Of a DNA stretch of 64,000 bases, positions 35,714 to 58,500 are shown in pieces; position 1 is the first letter of the stretch, and every line of letters starts with the position of its first letter. The stretch spans positions 26,165 to 90,164 of the forward strand of contig NIVC01001756.1 in NCBI GenBank assembly GCA_002269645.1. Direction: 5' to 3'. This stretch comes from Macrostomum lignano (lineage: Eukaryota). Under the pieces are notes generated by a model that saw only the letters and a program-made list of their open reading frames with translations, was not told the origin of the DNA and ran no database searches. The position numbers and the translations under genes were made by a program.

Positions 35714-38651
35714 ATGGTGAGTTTATATTATATTTGAGTGCATGCGCACGAAAAATGATTGGCTGATGGATAAATAAATTGTCATGCAGTGCATAGTAGG
35801 TCAACCTCCAAGGCACAGATAGCTGTGTACAATGCCTGACAATGAGAGAGTCCGAATGCCACTGTACACGCTCTGCATAGTAGTGCCGCGCTTGTATGTT
35901 TTCAGGAGTCAGCGGCGTTGCGCCAGAGTTGACCGCAACCCCCTGAGAATATTTACAATTGTATTTTTATTTTACTTTGGAATCTAATTTTTATTCATTT
36001 AAGACTCCCTAATCAATTTCAGACAATCTCAGAAGAGAATCTTCGTATGGCTCTGGGTTTGGGATTCGATGAAACACAAGCTAAGCGTGAGTTTAACAGT
36101 TTTTTTGGAATTCGACATCCCTTCCTGATCCCTCCCTGATCCCTCCCTGATCCCCCCTGATCCCTCCCTGATCCCTCCCTGATCCCTCCCCGATCCCTAC
36201 CCGATCCCTCCCTGATCCCTCCCTGATCCCTCCTCTATCCCTCCCCGATCCCTCCCCGATCCCTCCCTGATCCCTCCCCAATCCCTCCCTGATCCCTCCC
36301 CAATCCCTTCCCTGATCCCTCCCTGGTCCCTCCCTGATCCCTCCCCAATCCCTCCTCGATCCCTCCCTGATCCCTCCCTGATCCCTCCCCAATCCCTCCC
36401 TGATCCCTCCCTAGTCCCTCCCCGATCCCTCCCCGATCCCTCCCTGATCCCTCCCCAATCCCTCCCTGATCCCTCCTCAATCCCTTCCCTGATCCCTCCC
36501 TGGTCCCTCCCTGATCCTCCCCAATCCCTCCTCGATCCCTCCCCGATCCCTCCCTGATCCCTCCCTGATCCCTCCCTGATCCCTCCCCAATCCCTCCCTG
36601 ATCCCTCCCTAGTCCCTCCCTGATCCCTCCCCAATCCCTTCCCTGATCCCTCCCTGATCCCTCCCTGATCCCACTCCCCAATCCCTCCCTGATCCCTCCC
36701 TGATCCCTCCCTGGTCCCTCCCTGATCCCTCCCCAATCCCTCCCTGATCCCTCCCCAATCCCTTCCCTGATCCCTCCCTGGTCCCTCTCTGATCCATCCC
36801 CAATCCCTCCCCAATCCCTTCCCTGATCCCTCGCTGGTCCCTCCCTGATCCCTCCCCAATCCCTCCCCAATCCCTTCCCTGATCCTTCCCTGATCCCTCC
36901 CCGATCCCGCCCCAATCTGCTCCGCAGAGCTGTGGCGCAGTTTTCACTACTTCGACTCGGACAGTAGCGGCGCCATCGAGGCTGGCGAGTTCGGCAACGT
37001 GCTCAGATTATTCGGAGTTGACTGCACCGATGCCCAGCTGAGCGACATCATGGCCGAGATCGACATTAGTACGTCGTAAAATTTATAATTTTAAACTCGG
37101 AGGGTATATTTAGACCTCCACTAGCGTATATAAACTTCACTAGCTCTGTACCTGTTCTTTTCGGACACCGCAGGCTCAGACGGCGTAATCAGCTTCCAAG
37201 AGTTTTGCATCGCCGCTCGAAAGCATTATAAAGATAAAGCTGAGAGGCAGGCCGAGCTGCGAGCGGCTTTTGAGGCATGTACATTTGCTGCTTTTGGGGT
37301 GCTGGCTGGCATGTACATTTGCTGCTTTTGGGGTGCTGGCTGGCATGTACATTTGCTGCTTTTGGGGTGCTGGCTGGCATGTACATTTGCTGCTTTTGGG
37401 GTGCTGGCTGGCATGTACATTTGCTGCTTTTGGGGTGCGCCGGCAAGTACATTTGATGGTTTTAGGTGCTGGCTGACATGCACATTTGCTGGTTTTGGGG
37501 TGCTGGTTAAATACATGCAATGGTTTTCTAGCTCCTGGTGCTGGCGCCCCTGGTGCTGGCGCCCCTGGTTCTGGCGCCCCTGGTGCTGGCGCCCCTGGTG
37601 CTGGCGCCCCTGGTGCTGGCGCCCCTGGTGCTCGCTGTAGCTCACAGTAATAAAATCACACGGCAAGGCGTGGCATTCACATGTACCTTTCAATGAATAA
37701 TTCTGATTACGCTCTTGAAAAAAGAAGCCAAATGATTTTTCTGCAGGATCAGACAATGTGTAACAAATTTTCATGCTAAACCCTCCAGCACTTCAACGAG
37801 GACGGCAGCGGCCGACTGAGTCGTGAACAGCTGGCCCTGGCGCTGACTTCGTTTGGCGCGGAGCCGCTCAGCGAAGCCGAACTGGAGACCATCTTCCAGA
37901 TGGGCGATCGCGATGGCAGCGGTGACCTCAGCATCGATGGTAATTAGGGGCAATTGTATTGTCAGCTCTAATTAACAGTAGGTGCCGACGGCGTCGGGGT
38001 GATGACTGAATGCTTGAGAGACTACCTGAGGATGTCCAGCAGTTGACGTTTGCCGGCTGTCGAGGCTTGATCAGCGAAACTTGAGAAATTCGCATCAGGG
38101 TGTTCATTATCCCCTGGGCCCTGGTGCCACCTGCTGAAGGTCCAGAAGCTCCGCTTGGGTGAAGGCTAGTGACCAACGAAGTCAGAGCTGATGCAGACAC
38201 ATGTGGTCGATGTGCTGATGAAATTTGGAGACTTGGCAAGGCTGCACTAGGCACAGGGCTGATTGGCGCACGGGGCCGGCCGGTGTACTGAATACACTAG
38301 CGCTATGGGAAAAACCCCAACTTCTGGCAGAATCGTCGAATATCTCGACGGTCCGGAGAGCTGGCGACTTGATTCTTGCTTGAGAAGGTGCGCAACAAAA
38401 AGTTGGCCCGTGTTCTTGAATTTCGTGTGCCTGCGTTGCTCCGTTCCGGCGCAGCAAAAAAATTGTCAGGGTTAATTGGGGCCGGGGGGAATTCACCCCC
38501 TGTTAGTGCGAGCTACAGTTCTATTGTTAATGCAAATGAAATTGAGAATGAGTTAAATAACAATAACAATTGTTTGATTCCCATTGTCAATGCAGAATTT
38601 GTCCACTGTCTAACGATGGATCTGGACGAACTGGTGGCTTCCAAAGTGTAG
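35714..38651 (+). CDS. Calmodulin-like four-EF-hand protein, ~171 aa
   Basis: Exons 35714-35716 (ATG only, then GTGAGT), 36023-36086, 36928-37068, 37174-37274, 37789-37939, 38596-38651. Total 516 nt, phases consistent. EF loops DSDSSGAIEAGE, DISSDGVISFQE, NEDGSGRLSREQ, DRDGSGDLSIDE. An intron directly after the ATG is typical of calmodulin-family genes. Intron 4 needs a GC donor. Confidence 0.88.
36118..36915. repeat. 11-bp C-rich minisatellite (GATCCCTCCCT), EF-hand gene intron 2
   Basis: Read directly; fills almost the whole intron. Confidence 0.97.
37275..37635. repeat. 34-bp minisatellite starting exactly at the intron 4 donor, followed by a 15-bp repeat (CCCTGGTGCTGGCGC)
   Basis: GCATGTAC at 37275, 37309, 37343, 37377 and 37411; 15-mer at ~37530-37630. 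Confidence 0.93.
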
Positions 38652-39687
38652 CATCACTGAATGATCGATCGAAGAAATGCTTACAGTCATAGTCTACATG
38701 CTTTGATAGACTAAAAGACAAGTTAAACATTTTACATGTACAAGTTTACAAGTTTCCTAGAAACTGTTTTTCATTAGAAATTATATACACGCATACATGT
38801 AACAATTAAGCGTTTGGTGATACAGATATCACCGATGATATCTGTATCACCGATTATAAAGAAAATGTCATGTACGACACAGTGAAAATAATTAAAGATA
38901 AAATAAAAATATAAATTTGCATGATTAAAGTAAAAATGTTTTGGCTTCACATGTGATCTCCATCCATGCCTGTGCGCGCTTTTTTGCCGCAGTAGGCCAA
39001 TGAAAAAGCACAAAATATACACCAAAATATATGCATGGGAAGTTAAAAAATGTAGTTAACTTTTCCTTTTAAGCTATTTTTATCATTAATTTAAGTAACT
39101 AATCGGATATGCAGTTTCTAGCTGATTTTTATATTTAAAAATGTAAATAAAACTATTTTCTAGCCTTGCTTTAACACTCACTGATTATAGATTGTTTTAC
39201 TGGACTCTATTTTTCTGAGTAATTTTAACACGAGACTTTTCTAAGAAGTACTTTGTTGTACAAATTAAGTAATTAACATTTGCAATCTTCGACTGATATA
39301 CATAATAAAACACGTCCCAACTAAGTCTTATTCTTTCTTATTAAACCCAGGTCTTACCTCACCGTCACTTCCAAATAAAGGTCTTAGGACCTGCGGCATT
39401 TCCACACGAAGGACTGAGGTGAGGATAATATTAATAGCTCTGTATGTTGACTTTTTTATTTATTGATATTCTTATTAGAATGGAACTGGATAAATTAAAA
39501 TGATAAATTATAATATTATAATAAAATGATAATGATGGATAATCCAAGCCATTTGTATTAGAACCTACTACTTTTATAGCATTTAGGCATCTTTATAATT
39601 TTCTTTTTATTTTGCAAAAATTACCATCAGTTTTTTTAATAAAAAAAATTATATAATTTTCTTTTAAATAAGTTGTATCTATAATAG

Positions 39688-40791
39688 CAGTGTTGGGCAA
39701 GTTACTTAAAAAAAGTAACTTGCGTTACTGTAACTTAAGTTACCAATTTTTAAAAAGTAACTTACGTTAGCCTAGTAACTTTAGACAAAAACCTGGTAAC
39801 TTTTAAGTTACTGTCCGTTACTCACTTCCGTTACCCATGTTATTAACAAAATTTTCTGCTTTTTTCACATTGCACATTTTTTCACATTGTTGTTACCGAA
39901 ATTTGCCATTGGGCATTGGGATTAACCGATTAACAGACAGAGACAGGAATTGGCGACACGATGTGAGGCAAATAGAAGGACCAATGGGCAATGGCAATCA
40001 ATAATTAAAATTATAAATGATAAAATAAACGAATATCAATAATTCAATAGAGTAAAATAAATAGAACTGTATAAAATGGTGTAGTGTACTGCAGTGCCAG
40101 TGGAGGGACTTGTGGAGGCTACAGATGAATTTCTTTCTTTGGTTGTTTGTTTGAATCAAACTTGAAAATTTTTAGTAACGAAAATGGGCCTTTTCATATA
40201 GCTAGTTCTGGTTCCAGAATCAGAACCAATTTGTGAAGTATAACTTTTTGTCTCCATAACTAGAGGGAGATACGTGCTATAAAGTTTTTATTATTGAATG
40301 AAAATCGCTAAGAAGAAAGTGAAAAATTGTGCTATGTGAGGTTGTTAAGGCAGTCAAACATTCAACAGAATTAAATAGTTATACTGCTGTTTTTCTTGGA
40401 AGATCCGAACCGATTCTGATTCTGGAATTGGTAATATGAAAAGCCTCAATGAAAGGCGAAAATATTTTACCAATATTAACAAAGTAAAACATGTTTCAAG
40501 TATTTCTTCATTAATTAAACGCAATACCATATGATACTATTCACTTAATTTTGAATTTATGAATGAAAAATGCAAAAACATGTGACAACCGGCGTACTAG
40601 CTAAGCATTTCAGTTTTTAATTTAAATATTGCGATTGTTGCAAAGTAACTGTAACGGACTTCCGAAATTTGAGTAACTTACCGTTACTCTGTTACTAAAA
40701 TAAAAAAGTAACTTGCGTAAGGAACGCTTTACGAAAAAGTAACTTGCGTTACCATTTGCAAGTTACTCGGTAACGGAAGTGCCCAACACTG
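39688..40791. mobile_element. Non-autonomous hAT element (1104 bp)
   Basis: Perfect 12-bp TIR CAGTGTTGGGCA (39688) / TGCCCAACACTG (40780-40791). 8-bp TSD TATAATAG at 39680-39687 and 40792-40799. Subterminal GTAAC/GTTAC repeats at both ends. Confidence 0.92.
40186..40447. mobile_element. Nested MITE, PIF/Harbinger-like (3-bp TSD)
   Basis: TIR GGGCCTTTTCATAT versus revcomp GAGGCTTTTCATAT, a further inverted TTCCAGAATCAGAA, and AAT flanking both ends. Confidence 0.6.
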
Positions 40792-41432
40792 TATAATAGG
40801 CCTAGTTTTAATAATAAAGATGAGAAGTGGTTTTTCCTTTACCCTATGGCCATAGTACATATCATAAATACAATGGTGAATGAATATATGGAAAATATAT
40901 ACTTAGAGAAAATTTGGTTTTTACAATGTAGATAATTAATTTAATCACTTTTTAATTTAACAACATGTAGCTGTGTATTCCAGAGTTCAAATTTCTACCA
41001 ACTATAGAAGACTTTGTTAGCTGAAGAAACTTGATTTATTAGCTTGTCAGCTTGCTTAAATTTATAGACTTTACCGCATGGGCATAGGGGAAGATAGGGT
41101 GGAAGGTGCAGCTTAGACAATCTTACCCAATTGGATTTCGCTGGCAGGGTATAGGCACTAAGCATTCATTGGTTGGGGCTTGTTATTCCTACATTTACAG
41201 CTAATCGGAATCAAAAATGAGAAGAAATTTTGCAAAAGGTTATATGCAAGGATAGGATAATGCAAAAAGAAATATGGAGAAAACAACTGAAAACACTAGA
41301 AGTGCACATGCATGCAAATTGAGCACTATTACAAACAAAATTGATAGCCACATTTTATTCCTGATTAATTTGATATCTATTTATTTATTTTAGGTGTTAG
41401 TCCTACAGAGTAAGGAGTCATTGCTTAGCAAC

Positions 41433-51384
<9,952 letters not shown>

Positions 51385-52515
51385 TTTGTACTATTGATTG
51401 TGTCGTATAGATTGTTGGCAAAACTATTTGATATTAAACAAGTGTATGGCTATGTCGGTAAAAGGAATTCTTTTATAGTGTTTTTTCTCAGTGATTATGG
51501 ATTATATTTTTATTTAACTTTTTAATGCGTTTAAACTTAACTACTATAAGTAGGTGTCATTTCTGTAGATTATTTTTATGCTATCCTAAAATTTTTACTA
51601 CTGTACATTTTTATTGTCAAATTTTCACAAAGTAACGTATAAATCTGAATAATAGTTGGCTGTGTAAAGACTACAGGAAAACATAAAGGTTGACAGAAAT
51701 GACAGGTCTCTCAATTCTCAGTAGTATAGCTGTCCATTGCATAAATTGAATAACTTGCACAAGTAAATGCACGGTTAAAGGTTCGCATTATTACACAATT
51801 GGAGTAAAAACTGGCGTTACCTGATTGAGAACAAATTTTGCATGTATTAAATTTAGATTTCGTGTTTGTTTTATTGTGTACGTGTAATACTACATGTTGC
51901 ATCTACTTTTGTATATTTTTCTAATACTTAGCCCGATTAAGGCTGGGTGTACTTGAACTCTAAAATATACAGTATAGTTTGGTGCGTCTATTTTTTCTTC
52001 GATCAAGTTATTTGTAAAAGTTATTGGTAAATTATGTCTATCCATCTTTTTTCTCCATTTTGATACGGCTAGGTAAATAAATCATTTTTGCATAATTATC
52101 GGTGTATATATTTTTAGCTGCCTACTATTTGAAGTAGGCTAGTACGCGCGTGCGCGTGAACCATGCTGCCCCCCAAAAAGTGGTATGGACTTATCGACCG
52201 TGGGGTTGGCCCATGAGCTATTCAAATTAGCTAAACGACGAGCCCCATGCAGACTTTTCTATATACCCAGCAAGAACCTTGGCTGCCCTGAGCTCGGGCC
52301 ACGTCTTTACGGCTTGCAATTGCATCTACACTGCATAACAGAATTCTACGTTGAAAGCGCCTCTGCTCTGCATTTTTGGATCGATCAGTGGATTCACTGC
52401 ATCAATCAGTTTGTTAATTCGTTTCGCGGATTGTCTTTTTAACAGTATCAGTGTTTCATCACGTTCAGATTATGCCATGATATGAGGAGTAATTCGACTA
52501 TTTCGATTATGTGTA

Positions 52516-55500
52516 ATGAAAGAAGAGACACGCTATCTGTGGATTAGTGAATTACCGCCAAATGCTACACAGAAAAAATTGACGGATCTGTTTTCGAGGT
52601 AAGTTAATCCGCACGACCTGTCAATGATTTTTATATCGTATCGATTTAGTTTTCAGTATACTGGGAAAGACTTAATGTTTGATAGTTGCAAAGAGTAACT
52701 TGAAGTCAAACAAAATTTGGTTTATTGCAGTAGTAAGTTTATAAATTGTTACGAGTAGACTGGCCACGTGAAAATGATAAATGATAATTTTTTTTATCAT
52801 TACCATTAGCTAAGCTAAAAGTAACACATATTTTGTCTTTGGGCTTAGCTTAGAAGAATGTTAGTTAATATTAAATTTGGTACTTTTTTAAACATTCCAT
52901 AAATTCAAAATCAGGGTCAGAGATATTGAAGCTAGACTAGGAGAGTTATATTTCAAATAAAATCACGTGCGTTTTAATTTGCATGCTCTTGATTCTTAGT
53001 ATTAATAATAGGAATATATTATTTAAAAACAAATATCCGCTGAGCCCTATCGGCGCTGCTGTCAGTGGTGAGTTTGTCAGTTCACTTAATTTCTGTGTTT
53101 CTTGTTATAAAACCTATCTGTCATCGGATTCAAAATAGAGATACAGACAGACAGACAGACCGACACTGAAGCAGTTCTCTTAGCACAAGGAATAGCAGTG
53201 CAGGTTTTCATTGGATTAATACCTTAATTGTGTATGTTTGTTTATTCTAATCTCGATTCATAATAACTAACTGGTTGTACTTTTCATTCCAACTTTTTCA
53301 CTACTCTAGCTACGGTCGCATTCTGAGCACCAAGATTCACGAGGCCGGCCAACTTAGAGGAGCAGTATTATCATTTCTGGATACAAAAACAGCCGTTAAA
53401 GCTTGCACAGGCATTCATTTGCTTGATGGACAGTCGTTGACGTCCGAATATTGCGATCAGTCAGGCGAACCGGGTTTGCAACGATTAAAAGATTCCGCTT
53501 GCGTCAAATTTGATAAGTGAGCCTTGAGCGTGTTAATACGATGGTCATTGGATTAATCTATTTCATTTATTGATTGACGAGGAAAGAAATTTGTGAGTTC
53601 AAAACTATGAATATTCTAATAATCTAATATCATTATTCGCAGGCTTCCAGTGTTGGAGAACGGTTCGTCTACAACGACTAGCGTTAATAATAACAACAGT
53701 CCGCCGAGCAGGTACGGATTTTTGTTGCATTTATTCTTCCACTCTTAATAACTCAAGTAGAATATGTATTATATATAAGTTTCTGTTACTAATTTCATTC
53801 TTAAATACGCTAAGTTGTATATTATGCATCTATAGACAGAGAAGTCTGAAAAAAAAACGAACTAAAAACTTGCCTAAGCAGGCTTTGGTTTCGCAGGCTT
53901 ATTAAGTTGTTTAGTGTAAAATGCTCTTACATTATAGCCCCATGCCTCACTGTTGTGGCGTGCGTATTGTTCTAATTTGTTCATGTATGCATTTGGACCA
54001 AGGCTTCTTTTTTTGAAAACTTGCACGCAGTGCAATGCAATTCACAATAGAATACTTTGTTAATATATAATAATTAGAACTAAGGGGAAAGGGCCGTGCG
54101 TATTATTACTCATTTTTGCACAGGACACAAGCCCCTAGTTCTCTGTGTGCGCGTTTTAGCCTGCGCCTATATTTTATATACTAAGGCAGCCCTTGGCTAG
54201 GCTGGCTTTCTTCATATTCTATTGTATACCTATCTACACTTGGGTTTTCAAAGTTGTGGAGCTCTAGCCTGTTCTGTTGTGTGTGTGTGTGTGTGTGACG
54301 TTTTTTCTACCATATAGTATGCATATATGCTATAGAGAATAAGAAAGCCTTACTTTACTATATTACAATTCTAAGTTGGGGGTTAGAAAGGGCTATGTAT
54401 GACTGGACTGGACTATGCCAGTGAGGAGTGGGTGGGGTTTACAAAGCATTCACAATGCGAGAATGAGAGAGAGAAAGAGAAACAGGCCAAGCCTTTTTGG
54501 CCCTAAAAACCCTTCCCGTCCTTTCCACTCCACTCCCCCCCTCTCCCCCCCCGCCAACTCCAGGTCTTTGCATGCCTATAGTATAGAACCTATTATACAT
54601 ATCAGTCATTACTAAGCTTATAATATTAAGTGTGTTGTGTAGCCCCCAGTGTAGAGTGGGGTGGGTGCTTGTCGGTTTGTGCGCACACAGCGCACGCCCC
54701 TTGTATCCTTTTATATGTATAACCCTATATTCTATACGTATATATATAACTAATACTAAGCCTTATCTATGACGCCCCACCCCATTCCCCCGTGCCCGCC
54801 CCAAACTTCCAAGCTATGTTGATTATATAGGCGGGAGGCAGGCGTTTGGGTTAAAAGGGGTGCTGGGGCTTGGACTGAGGGAGTTGGGGTATGGGGTTGC
54901 TAAACCTAGGCAATAGCAAGCCCCAGCCCTGAACAGAACTTGAACGTTCACACACAGAATTCCCCCCTTCCCCCTCTAAAACTGGCGTTGCGTCGTGTAG
55001 AAAGATTTTTTCCTAATCTAATGCATATCGTATGCCTTGGAATTGTTGGACTTGTGTAAAAACTGTACACTGTACAATTAAAGTAAGGCGCGAACGTGCG
55101 TGCCTGACTGACTATGCGCGGCTTTTGGTTGGAATTGGAAAGCCAAAAAAGCATTTCCTTCCCTGTCTTTCCTCTCTTGTGTAGGCTCTACTATACCCAA
55201 CTGCAGTCCAATAGCCCAAAAAGCTTCTTTCTCTTTTTTCTACTTTCTATTTCCAGTGGCCCCATTCTTTACCCCAGCCAATTCCCTCCCAATTCTGGGC
55301 TGCCGTTAACGCCTTAGAAATCTCTATTTAGCTTAGCTGTCTTCATTTTTATCCTATATTTATTATCTGTTTTTTTAACTATAGCATTGACAGCAATTCT
55401 TTGTAACTAACAGAACATATCTAAAAGCGCAGTTGTAGGTCTAAAGTCTAACCCATATCTGTTGTACTGTTAAAAAAAATTACTGTGTATATTTTAAATG

Positions 55501-58500
55501 TAATAAGATGGCATTTTGTTTCAGAAATTCTTTTCTTTTTTTCTTGAGGTAAGGGGAAGGGATTATTGCCCGACTTGGTCTAGAGATTATTTAGAAAATC
55601 TGCAGCTGAGCTACGCTCATGGGAGCTGTTCGACAATTATAGTCTAGCTGTCTGCTTGCTAAGGCGAATTCTAAATGTTAAGCGAGTCAAGAACAGACGA
55701 AAAATCGGGGGGGGGGAGCAAAAAGAGAAATAAATGCCCCATTGCCCCTTTGCCTTTGAGTGTAATCTTCACATCGGCGCATCCATGCTTGGGCGCAACC
55801 TTGGGATTCACTCGGCCGTTTCTATTGGCAACACACACGTGTATGTCGCTATTGGACAGAATAGTAGTCACGTGACTGCTCTCAGCCAATAGCGACTTAC
55901 ATGTGTGTGTTGCCAATAGAAACGGCCGGGTGATTCCCAAGGTTGCGCGCGTATGGCCGCGCATCTGCTGCTACAGAGATATATCTATTAGCCTTAGTTA
56001 TAGTATTAAATGCGAGAATGATTCCGAATTTCCTCTTTAAAAAATAACGTGTTATTCAGCAAGAAAAATATCTTTCAATACAAATCGACCGTCACGATCA
56101 GTTTCTCTTTGGCTTTATTTTACTATATATCATTCGTATTGTCGAGCTAAAGGCTTTTACCTTTTAAGAAGGGGCTAAATAATCCTTAATCCCTAGGCTT
56201 AATCCGAATTTCTTTCCCTGTTCTATTTGCCTGGAATAATTTATTAATAATAATGTAATGATATTGAGCGATATCTCATGCATACATTGATGCTAAAAAT
56301 CCAGACCCTTTACTCAATGGATTCAGTGGACCTTTTCTCCCCTGCTTTCCCTCTCTTTCTGATACCAATATTCATTTATAATTTGGCAGGCGCTGAGGCT
56401 TTAAGAAACAGCTGCGTTTCACAGACACGAAAAATTAGAGAATATCTGGGACTGACACAGAGACAGATCTGGCTACTGCTGAGAAAAAAGGCACAGCTAC
56501 GAGGCCTGCAATCAGGAGCAGCTTCCTTGGGGGGGGGGGGGGGGAACTGCGGAAGTTGGTGGGTTAAGACAGGCGAATGTACCATGTATTGGGAGTCCCC
56601 CCTGCTCTCGTCAAGCTCAGCTCAGCCCAGCCCACGCTATTTTCCCATCCTCCTTTCCCAAGCTAGTCCTGACTTATTCTCTAGCCCCTTCATTTCCCTT
56701 CCTTCTTCATCTCGTATCGTAGTAGCCGTAGTATACGAGAATAAGTCAGCTTAAGTATAATACAGCTTAAGCTTAAGTCAGCTTAAGTAAGGATCAGCGT
56801 AAGTATAATAAATATAACTGAACTACTAGTTGGGCTAGCGCGTACAAAATCTGCGTGCTAATCCATGCTCCTGTTTATATGCAGCAGCAAGCCAGCAACT
56901 CTGGGCTGTTCTCAATCCTAGCTTTTACATTATATATAATGTGCTCAGGCAAGCCCTAGTCCGCCCATCAGCCTTGCTTTCATTCCATCCCTTACCCCTT
57001 AGCCAACCCCGCCGGGGCTCAAAGCTATAGTAAGGCTATAATACAGAGTATATAGTTGCCTTTAGTCCTACCTAAGCCTTGTCCAATCCATCTCGCGCTC
57101 CTTCCCTCTCTTCCCCTTATTTCCTCATGGCCTGGTAAAGTAAGAGGACTGGGGGGGTTTGGGGAATAAGGAATATCGATTTTTTACCCTCTCCATCGCC
57201 ATCCCCTTCTTTCCCTGTTTTCCTCATCTGCGTAGGCTTCTCTCGTGGCCTCCCCAGGGCCTCTGTCCCTCTGCTCACCGCTCACGGCTTGTGAGGCCCG
57301 GCGAGAGGCCGAGGCAGCGGGAGCAATGCTTTAGTAGATCTTGGCTTCACAGTTTCCGCTAGTCCGTTCCCAAATGCTCCCAGCCTCTCTCCCTCTTCTT
57401 CATCCGACCTCAATCCCTCCACCCCCTCGAGCGTTTCCACTTTCCATCTACTTGGATTGAGCTGAGGCTGCTACAGTTGAGGTGGGGATTCTTTAGCTTG
57501 GCCTTGGGGGAGCTTTAGGGCTTTAGTTATATATATTTTATGCATCTAGTTATGCATATGCATTAGTATATATCTCTCAGGGACTCTCTCTTAACTCTCG
57601 AGGACATGGCAAAAGCTTATGCTAGGCCCAGGGGAATGTGGGGTGGTGGATGGGTGTTTCAAACTGTGATGGAATTAATGCGATGCCTTCTTCTTTCGCA
57701 TGTATTAATGTACACGAATGCTTATGTTAAGATTAATGTATACACTTATAACCCAAGCCCCGATAGACCCTTGCAATTAGAATTTTCTTCAACGTAGACT
57801 TTCTTCTTTGTCGCTAATGTACATGTTATCAGTACAATGCTTATTATTTTATTAACATGCTTGCAGCGCCAGCAAATCCTGCGGCAGGCGGGATGACGGC
57901 AGCCCGACAGCGGCACTTAACGAGTCAACCGCTGTCGATATTGACAACAGATCGAGAACGTTGAAGATTTGCAACCTCCCGGATAGGTTGTCAGGTGAGG
58001 CTGCACATCCTTCAGTGCCATCCTCCTGCCCTTCAGTGCCATCCTCCTGCCCTTCAGTGCCATCCTCCCGTTCTTCAGTGCCATCCTCCCGTTCTTCAGT
58101 GCCATCCTCCCGTTCTTCAGTGCCATCCTCCTGCCCTTCAGTGCCATCCTCCTGTCCTTCAGTGCCATCCTCCTGTCCTTCAGTGCCATCCTCCCGTTCT
58201 TCAGTGCCATCCTCCTGTCCTTCAGTGCCATCCTTCCCTTCAGTGCCATCTTCCCGTTCTTCAGTGCCATCCTCCCTTCTTCAGTGCCATCCTCCCATTC
58301 TTCAGTGCCATCCTCCTGTCCTTCAGTGCCATCCTCCTGTCCTTCAGTGCCATCCTCCTGTCCTTCAGTGCCATCTTCCCGTTCTTCAGTGCCATCCTCC
58401 CGTTCTTCAGTGCCATCCTCCTGCACTTCAGTGCCACCCTCCTGTCCTTCAGTGCCACCCTCCTGTCCTTCAGTACCCCTCCAGCTGTACTCACTCGGTG

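Noticed and set aside
36093-36947. Gly/Arg-rich ORFs (GRDQGGIREGS)
   Set aside because: Readings of the 11-bp intronic minisatellite.
37950-38500. GC-rich block in EF-hand intron 5 with short ORFs
   Set aside because: No recognisable protein motif, TIR or TSD; possibly a TE fragment but I cannot support it.
56278-56754. 158-aa ORF in SPEN intron 3
   Set aside because: No homology recognised; it passes through a poly-G run and has no exon signals.
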